A stretch of DNA of 64,000 bases. Source: Candidatus Eiseniibacteriota bacterium (GTDB lineage: Bacteria; Eisenbacteria; RBG-16-71-46; CAZAMP01). Positions 57,498-64,000 of the stretch are shown here, piece by piece (position 1 is the first letter of the stretch; each line of letters opens with the position of its first letter). Both the position numbers and the translations under genes were made by a program. Location: assembly GCA_965224245.1 (NCBI GenBank), contig OZ245046.1:1024001-1088000 (forward strand), in the 5' to 3' direction. Under the pieces are notes generated by a model. It ran no database searches and was not told where the DNA came from. It saw only the letters and a list, made by a program, of their open reading frames with translations.

Positions 57498-59966
57498 TCA
57501 GAGTCCGTCCTCCGCCAGAGAGGTCATCTCCGGATGCTGGACGTGCATGTCGAACCACCGGAGCTGCTCCCAGAGCACGTGCTCGATGCTCTCCCGGGAT
57601 CGGTATCCGTGATCCTCGAACGGCAGCAGGACGAGGCGCGCGATGCCTCCGGCGCCACGAACGGCCTCGAAGAACACCTCCGACTGGAACGTCAGCGTTC
57701 CCGGATTCGAATCGTCGTCACCGTGGATGATGAGGATCGGCTCCTGTATCTGGTCCGCGAAGAAGGTCGGCGAGACCTGGATGTAGACGTCCCTGGCCTC
57801 GAACAGGGAGCGCCGCTCGGACTGGAATCCGAACGGCTGGTTCGTCTTGTTGTACGAGCCGCTCCGCGCGATGCCGGCCCGGAAGAGGTCGGTGTGCGCG
57901 AGCAGGTTGGCCACCATGAGTCCGCCGTGACTGTGACCGATGACGCCGATCCGATCGGGATCGGTCACTCCGATCTCCACCGCCTTGGCCACGGCGGCCT
58001 CCGCGTCGGCCACGAGCTGCGGCACGAACGTGTCATACGTCGTCTCGGGGTCGCCGAGCATGGGCATGGCGGTCTGGTCGAGGACCGCGTAGCCACGCAG
58101 GAGGAAGAACAGCGGCGTCGCGCCCCAGAAGCGGCTGAAGCGCTGGACCGATCCGCGGACCTGTCCCGCCGTGGACGCGCCGGAGTACTCGAGCGGATAG
58201 GCGTAGACCACCGTCGGCAGCCGGGTTCCCTCCTCGTAGCCGGGAGGCAGATACAGGTGGAAGCTGAGCGGCACGCCGTCTTCGCGCTCGTAGCGCACGA
58301 TGCGCTTCTCGATCTCGCGCAGCTGCGGGGTGGGATCCGCGAACCGCGTGATCGGCTCGCGTGTCAGGGCCCGCGTCGCCTCGCCGTCCTCCGCGTCGAT
58401 CTCGGCGCCCAGCGTCGCGAGGTAGTAGTTGGGAACGTCGGAAGCGGACTCGGAGCGCATCACGAAACGATCGTCGTCGCCGGCGAACGCCACGAACGAC
58501 TCGTACCGATCCGGGTCGCAACGAAACAGACGTTCGGTCTCGCCCGTGCCCAGGTGACGTAGATCGAGAAAGGGCCGATCGCCCTGATCGGTGGCGCCAC
58601 TTCCGCGGAAGTAGACCACGTCTCCGTTCTGTCGCAGCACCCACCGTCCGTTCGCCAGCGGGCGGAGCACGGGCTTGCCGGGATCTCCGTAACGATCGCC
58701 CTCGTCGAGATCGAACCACGGACGCGACGTGCCGTCGGCGACGTTCACGAGGGACACGTATCGCCAGCGACGTATCCGCTCGCGCTGTGTGAGAACCAGC
58801 GTGTCGCCGTCCTCGGTCCACACGGTCCACCAGGGCTGGATGCGATGCTGCGCGCGGAAGACCTCCTTTGGTTCCTCGGTGAACGGCGCGTCCAGTCGCA
58901 CGATCCGGTCGCGGTGGGGGACCTCCGCCACCGGGTCTCCGCCGTCGAGGGCTTCGACCCAGAAGAGCGTGTGGGGCGCGGTCGGGCGCCAGGAGACGGC
59001 ACGCGGACCCTCCGGCACCCCGTGCGTTGGAACGCTGTCGGCCAGGGGGAGCGAGGCGACGCTCGCGACCACGTCACCATCCGCGTTCCAGACCTCTATC
59101 TCGCTGGCGAAGCGCCACCAGGCCACCTCGTGCGACCAGGGCGCGACCAGACGCTCGACCAGGATGAAGCGCCCGTCCGGGGAGAACTCCGCCGTCGTGT
59201 AGGGCGCCGCCTCACCGAGCACCGTCGTCTTGCCCGACGTCGGATCCACGATCACGGGCTGGCACTGGGCGTAGTACTCGAACAGTGCCTCGTCGTGAGC
59301 GGTCTCGAGCAGGTTGCGCGCCTCGTACGTGGAGCGTGCCGTCGCCTCGTCACCTTCGAGGATCTCGGGGCCCAGCGGGATCACCGGCGCCGCCGGCGAC
59401 TCACCGCGCTCCGGGATGCGAAGCACGACGAGACGCCGCTGGTCGGGCAGCCAGGCCACCTGCTTGCCGAGGAGCGGATTGAGAACGAGGCCGTCGATCT
59501 CCGTCAGATCACCTCGCACCGAGCCGACCCACAGGCCGATGTGATCGGGGTATCCGACGGTGGCGGCGAAGCGAGTGCCGTCGGCGGTCCAGCTGACGTC
59601 GAGGACCTCGGCGTCCGCGGGCAGATCGAGGGGGGTCGTCGTGCCGTCCTCGACCCGGACCAGACGCGGGGAGGTCCCCCCGTGCCAGCCGTGAAAGCCG
59701 TTGGTGGCCGGATTGACGCGCATGCCGGCGAGCTTGTGCATGGGCGCGGCGAGCTCGGAGAGCGGCGGATACGTCATCGGATCCGCGAGGAACAGGTGCT
59801 CACCGGTGGGCGTCGTCCATACCCACGGGAGCTGTGGTGCGTGGAGAACCTCCAGCACGTCCGGGTCGGGAGACTGCCACCCGGTGGTCGCGGGGGAGCG
59901 GGTGCCGTCCGCGGCGGCGATGGAGGCCAGCATCGTGATCACGAGGCCGGTCAGAAGACGGGACAT
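57498..59966 (-). CDS. Secreted S9-family (prolyl oligopeptidase clan) peptidase
   Basis: GHSHGG nucleophile elbow; IHGDDDSN (Asp); EDHGY (His); N-terminal propeller. Confidence 0.92.
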   Translation of the reverse strand: MSRLLTGLVITMLASIAAADGTRSPATTGWQSPDPDVLEVLHAPQLPWVWTTPTGEHLFLADPMTYPPLSELAAPMHKLAGMRVNPATNGFHGWHGGTSPRLVRVEDGTTTPLDLPADAEVLDVSWTADGTRFAATVGYPDHIGLWVGSVRGDLTEIDGLVLNPLLGKQVAWLPDQRRLVVLRIPERGESPAAPVIPLGPEILEGDEATARSTYEARNLLETAHDEALFEYYAQCQPVIVDPTSGKTTVLGEAAPYTTAEFSPDGRFILVERLVAPWSHEVAWWRFASEIEVWNADGDVVASVASLPLADSVPTHGVPEGPRAVSWRPTAPHTLFWVEALDGGDPVAEVPHRDRIVRLDAPFTEEPKEVFRAQHRIQPWWTVWTEDGDTLVLTQRERIRRWRYVSLVNVADGTSRPWFDLDEGDRYGDPGKPVLRPLANGRWVLRQNGDVVYFRGSGATDQGDRPFLDLRHLGTGETERLFRCDPDRYESFVAFAGDDDRFVMRSESASDVPNYYLATLGAEIDAEDGEATRALTREPITRFADPTPQLREIEKRIVRYEREDGVPLSFHLYLPPGYEEGTRLPTVVYAYPLEYSGASTAGQVRGSVQRFSRFWGATPLFFLLRGYAVLDQTAMPMLGDPETTYDTFVPQLVADAEAAVAKAVEIGVTDPDRIGVIGHSHGGLMVANLLAHTDLFRAGIARSGSYNKTNQPFGFQSERRSLFEARDVYIQVSPTFFADQIQEPILIIHGDDDSNPGTLTFQSEVFFEAVRGAGGIARLVLLPFEDHGYRSRESIEHVLWEQLRWFDMHVQHPEMTSLAEDGL

Positions 59967-60171
59967 GATGCGCGTCCTCGCTTCCTGGATGAAGTGAATG
60001 CCGTGAGCCGAACATTGAATGTGGGTAGCGTAGTGGGTTCACGGGGGGGCGTTCAAGCACGAGGTCGACGGTCAGGAACGGACCTGCGTCGTGAGCGAGC
60101 AGGTGTCCGACCTCGCACGGAGGTCGGGATCGTCTGCCCGTTCATCGGCGCGGGATGCGGCGGTGACGCCC

Positions 60172-61278
60172 TCAGCGTGCGCACTCGAAGCTCTCGAAGT
60201 GGCGGATCAGACCCCGAGCTTCCTCGCCCGACACGTCGATACGGAACCGGCGGACGAACTCCAGGAAGAGACCGAGGTTCGTGTCGTGGTCGTACGGCGC
60301 GAGCGACGACGTGACGTCTCCTCTCAGCTCCGCGTTCACGTCGAGGGTGAGCGTGGGGGCGTCGCAGGAGAAGTCGAGGTGCTCGAGCGAGACGTACCGG
60401 GGTGCGGGGCTCGCCGCGGTCCGAAACCACACCCTCCTCGCGCGGAGATCGTGGACCACCGACCACTGCGCGACGGGGTCGATGAAGGGGTCGTCGAGGG
60501 TCTCGAAACCGTAGTCCACGGCGCCGGCATGGCCGGCGTCGTCGTCCGGCCCGGCCGTGACGCCGGCGGCGAAGGTCTCCAGCCGGTCCACCACGTGGGA
60601 GAAGCGCTGGGCCGAGTCATCGGGGTTTGCCCACCACCAGCGGGCGCCGCCTCGCTCGTGCGCCTTCACGGCCCGTTCGTACCGCATGTTCGTGAGGACC
60701 CGGAACGGAAGGTCCTCGCCGCGGTAGACGACGAGACGGCCATCCAGGTACTCGAACACGGCACAGTCGCCGCTGGCGTCCGCCAGAAAGAAGTGAGACC
60801 GGACCTCCTGCTCCTCGTCGATCCGCACCCGGCTGTCCACCGCGACGGCCGCCTCGACGCTTCCGCACGTGTCCAGAACGTATTGCACCCAGGACCCCGA
60901 GTCGAGCGGGGCTCGGCTGTCCGGCTCCGGCGCCTCGGAGGCCCGCAGGTACAGTGTGTCCACGACGAGGCCGGCCTCGTTCATGCCGTTCTGCGCGAAC
61001 TCGATGCCCGCTTCGGCGAACGTGACGCTTCCATACCGGGAGACCCACTTGAAGTAGTCCCCGACGATGCCGGCCCGGAAGCTCTGCTTCTCGACGTCGC
61101 GACGGTTCACGATCAGCACGCCGCGGATGGGCACGGGGAACTCGACGCTGATGCCCACGAGCGCCCTCGATGGCGTCTCCAAGTGAAAGGCGGTGCCGGC
61201 GCGAACGGCGTCTCCGACGAGACACACGAGGAGCAGCGAGACGAGGGCCACGCGGATCGCGGTGCCTGGGGGTTTCAT
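60172..61278 (-). CDS. Choloylglycine hydrolase/penicillin V acylase-like Ntn hydrolase (C59), catalytic Cys apparently replaced by Gly
   Basis: WVSRYGSVTF, GMNEAGLVV, WVQYVLDTCGSVE, HFFLADASG, LTN, S..RF, TQW-like AQWSVV. The mature N-terminus reads GTAF instead of CTxF. Confidence 0.85.
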   Translation of the reverse strand: MKPPGTAIRVALVSLLLVCLVGDAVRAGTAFHLETPSRALVGISVEFPVPIRGVLIVNRRDVEKQSFRAGIVGDYFKWVSRYGSVTFAEAGIEFAQNGMNEAGLVVDTLYLRASEAPEPDSRAPLDSGSWVQYVLDTCGSVEAAVAVDSRVRIDEEQEVRSHFFLADASGDCAVFEYLDGRLVVYRGEDLPFRVLTNMRYERAVKAHERGGARWWWANPDDSAQRFSHVVDRLETFAAGVTAGPDDDAGHAGAVDYGFETLDDPFIDPVAQWSVVHDLRARRVWFRTAASPAPRYVSLEHLDFSCDAPTLTLDVNAELRGDVTSSLAPYDHDTNLGLFLEFVRRFRIDVSGEEARGLIRHFESFECAR

Positions 61279-61436
61279 GCCGCTCCTTTGCCGTGAGAGG
61301 TCCGGCGTGGCAGTCGGGTCTTCACCGGACGGAATCGGGGCCAGCATGCACGTCTTCGGCGGATCCGGTCAAGGCGACCACGGGACCGGATCGGTACGCA
61401 GGAGAGTCGATCGGCCCTCGCGGGGGCGCCGCCGGC

Positions 61437-61468
61437 CCGCTCGTCCCCGGTGGACGGCCGGTGGTCCC
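61437..61468 (+). promoter_or_regulatory. Candidate LytTR-binding direct repeats
   Basis: CCGCTCGTCCC (61437) and CCGGTGGTCCC (61458), 21 bp apart. Confidence 0.45.
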
Positions 61469-61530
61469 AATGCCGTTCGCCGGATTCGGGTCGGCGCGCT
61501 ACAGTGACGGCACGCCGAACAGGGGGTCAC

Positions 61531-62658
61531 GTGAACGATACCCGCACGCCGGCCTACCGCAATTCGACGGTCTGGAAGGTCAGCTTCGCGGCGTCCGCCG
61601 TCGTATCGCTGCTGCACGCCAGCTCCTCGGTGATCGGGAATCTGTCCCGGGGAGCGTACGTCGCGGCATGGGAGCCACTCACGTGGGAGGTGACCAGCGG
61701 TCTCGCATCGGGCGCGCTGGTGCCCTTCGTGGCCGAGTTTGCCCTGCGATGTCGCATCACGCGAGCCGGGCTCTGGCTCCGCGTGCCGGCCCACCTGCTG
61801 GCCGCTGCCGTGTACTCTCTGGCTCACGTGGCCGCAATGGTGGGTCTCCGGCATGGCGTTTACGCGCTGGCCGGCAGCCGCTACGAGTTCGGGGACGTAC
61901 GGGCGGGACTGCTCTTCGAGGGGTTCCGGGACGCGGTGATCTATGCATTGATCGTGGCGATCACCTACGGCGTGGACTACTACCATCGCTACCGGCAGCG
62001 GGAGCTGAACGCCTCGAGGCTGGAGACCAGCCTGGCCACCGCGAGGCTCGAGGCCCTCGAGCAGCACGTCCAGCCGCACTTCTTGTTCAACACGCTGAAC
62101 ATGATCTCGTCGATCATGCACGAGAACGTCGACAAGGCGGATCACATGCTCACCCACCTCAGCGATCTCCTCCGCCTGTCGGTCGGCCATCGTGGTGCGC
62201 AACAGGTTCCGCTGTCCGAGGAGCTGGAGATTCTCCACGCCTACCTGGAGATCATGGAGGTCCGGTTCGAAGATCGTCTGGAAGTGGTGGTGGACGCGTC
62301 GATGGACTGCGAGGATGCCCTCGTACCCCCGTTTCTGCTGCAGCCGCTGGTGGAGAACGCGATCAAGCACGGAATCGCGCGTCGCGGAGGTGGTGGACAC
62401 GTTCACGTGGCGATCGAGCGGCGGGGATCGTCACTGGAGATCCAGGTCACCGACGATGGGCCCGGGACCTCGGCCTCGCTGGAGGAGCTCCTCGAGAAGG
62501 GAGTCGGGCTCTCGGCCACCGTCGAACGGCTCTCGCACCTGTATGATCAGGAACACACGTTCCGGGTCGGCAACGGCGACCTCGGTGGGCTGGAGGTCTC
62601 GGTGACGCTACCCTACCGCGCGAGCCCGCGCCTGGTGAGAGTCGACGACCATGTCTGA
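61531..62658 (+). CDS. LytS/YehU-family sensor histidine kinase
   Basis: N-terminal TM helices; QPHFLFNTLN; LQPLVENAIKHG; DDGPG; GVGL. Confidence 0.92.
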   Translation: MNDTRTPAYRNSTVWKVSFAASAVVSLLHASSSVIGNLSRGAYVAAWEPLTWEVTSGLASGALVPFVAEFALRCRITRAGLWLRVPAHLLAAAVYSLAHVAAMVGLRHGVYALAGSRYEFGDVRAGLLFEGFRDAVIYALIVAITYGVDYYHRYRQRELNASRLETSLATARLEALEQHVQPHFLFNTLNMISSIMHENVDKADHMLTHLSDLLRLSVGHRGAQQVPLSEELEILHAYLEIMEVRFEDRLEVVVDASMDCEDALVPPFLLQPLVENAIKHGIARRGGGGHVHVAIERRGSSLEIQVTDDGPGTSASLEELLEKGVGLSATVERLSHLYDQEHTFRVGNGDLGGLEVSVTLPYRASPRLVRVDDHV

Positions 62659-63463
62659 CACACCCGTGCGCGTTCTCATCGTGGACGACGAGCCCCCCGC
62701 GCGGCGCAAGATCGCGCGTCTGCTGGAGGGCGATCCGGGAGTGGCCGTCGTGGGCGAGGCGGGCGACGGCCGCTCGGCCGTCGACGCCATCCGGTCGCTC
62801 CGACCCGAGGTCGTGTTCCTCGACATCCAGATGCCGGAGATCGACGGGTTCGGCGTGCTGGAGGCGCTCGCACCCGAGGAGCTACCCGAGATCGTGTTCG
62901 TCACCGCGTACGATCAGTACGCCATCCAGGCGTTCGAGGTGGCCGCGCTCGACTATCTGCTGAAGCCGTTCGACGCACCGCGTCTCCGAGAGGCTCTGGA
63001 CCGGGCCAAGGCGCGTGTCCGCAACACCCGGGAGGCCGCGCCGGGCGCCGCGGGGGAGCAAGGACACGACGCCGAGCTCGCGGAGCGGATCCGGAGTCTT
63101 CTCGCCCAGCTGGATCATGCCGCAGGCGCGTCGTCGCGCATCCTGGTAAAGGACCGCGACCGCGCTCGCTTCGTGTCGGTCGACGAGATCCGGTGGATAC
63201 GCGGTGCCGGTAACTACGTCGAGATCCACGCGGCTCGCGGCACGCATCTCCTCCGCGAGACCCTGGACGGCATTCAGCAGCGGCTCGATCCACGTCGTTT
63301 CCTCCGGGTGCATCGCTCCTACGTGGTGAACATCGACCACGTGCGGGAGATCGAGCCCCTCTCGCACGGAGATCACCTCCTGGTGCTCACCGACGGCTCG
63401 GAGGTCCGGCTCAGCCGCCGGTACCGGAGCGAGCTACCCGACGACCTGCTGCGCGGTCTCTGA
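62651..63463 (+). CDS. LytTR-family DNA-binding response regulator
   Basis: VDDEPPAR, FLDIQMP, FVTAYDQYA, DYLLKPF; LytTR domain FLRVHRSYVVN. Confidence 0.95.
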   Translation: MSDTPVRVLIVDDEPPARRKIARLLEGDPGVAVVGEAGDGRSAVDAIRSLRPEVVFLDIQMPEIDGFGVLEALAPEELPEIVFVTAYDQYAIQAFEVAALDYLLKPFDAPRLREALDRAKARVRNTREAAPGAAGEQGHDAELAERIRSLLAQLDHAAGASSRILVKDRDRARFVSVDEIRWIRGAGNYVEIHAARGTHLLRETLDGIQQRLDPRRFLRVHRSYVVNIDHVREIEPLSHGDHLLVLTDGSEVRLSRRYRSELPDDLLRGL

Positions 63464-63471
63464 CACCACCC

Positions 63472-63515
63472 CCGGTCGTCCCCGCGTTCATCCCGCTGAC
63501 CCCTCCGGTCGCGCC
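63472..63515 (+). promoter_or_regulatory. Candidate LytTR-binding phased direct repeats
   Basis: CCGGTCGTCCC (63472) / CCGCTGACCCC (63493) and GCGTTCATCCC (63484) / CCGGTCGCGCC (63505): two pairs, each 21 bp apart. Confidence 0.5.
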
Positions 63516-63608
63516 GTGTAGCCCAAAGATCATGTCGCACAATGAGTTGGACGCTAGCATGAACGTACGTCGAAACAGTGCGGCGTTCTGTCTTCAGGAG
63601 GTGTCGAG

Positions 63609-64000
63609 ATGCTTCGTGGTCCCCTTTCGGCCGTGACCGTCCTCGTGACCATGGTGAGCCTGATCCTCGGAGCACCGCCGGCCCGCACCGAGGCCGGCAG
63701 CCACGTCGAGGACTTCACGACCACGACGTACCGTGATCCGGTTGCGTCCACCGCGAACTGGGACACGGGCGCCGGGGAGCTCCGGCTCGATCCCTTCGTC
63801 CGGGGGGTGGTCGGCAGCCTCGGCCTCGGCGACAGCCGGAAGGTCGCCGTCGCGGGAGACCACGCGTTCGTGGCCGGCATCGCGAACGGCCTCCACGTGA
63901 TCGACATCCAGGATCCCGAGAGCCCGTTCCTCGTGACGACGGTCGCCGTTGCGGGCGACGCGCAGGCCGTCGCGGTCGCCGGGGACAACGCCTTCGTACT
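63609..64000 (+). CDS. Secreted LVIVD-repeat protein (partial; paralog of 24789-28073)
   Basis: SD AGGAGGT; signal peptide; HVEDFTTTTYRDPVASTANWDTGAGELRL resembles YLESFTTTTYEDPATSTVLWDTGAGEIRL; runs off the window end. Confidence 0.88.
   Translation, partial: MLRGPLSAVTVLVTMVSLILGAPPARTEAGSHVEDFTTTTYRDPVASTANWDTGAGELRLDPFVRGVVGSLGLGDSRKVAVAGDHAFVAGIANGLHVIDIQDPESPFLVTTVAVAGDAQAVAVAGDNAFV

Overview
This is a very GC-rich bacterial genomic window with no rRNA, tRNA or CRISPR array visible. The gene content suggests an FCB-group candidate lineage such as Ca. Eisenbacteria, Latescibacterota or Krumholzibacteriota (inference only). Secreted proteins dominate, and they carry three different C-terminal tags. 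About 9 have a FlgD-Ig/T9SS-type-A-like C-terminal domain (CTD). One is a PEP-CTERM protein with a sigma54 promoter. Four to five small proteins end in a recurrent [TV]P[VT]xxx[ST]WxxIKxx[YH] motif. Signalling modules include: a translationally coupled ECF sigma / double zinc-finger-TPR anti-sigma / TPR-CHAT (caspase-like) protease operon; a solute-binding lipoprotein plus PrsK/PrsR-like two-component operon; a LytS/LytTR pair with phased repeats; an ECF sigma followed by a truncated kinase stub; Ser/Thr and RIO kinases; a PP2C phosphatase; and an RHH regulator with a small Cys-Cys partner peptide. A 2294-bp IS21-family element (5-bp target-site duplication, istB with a nonsense codon) interrupts a secreted protein gene. 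Several genes appear decayed, including a YopT-like cysteine protease. All product calls come from motif recognition by eye; no database search was run.
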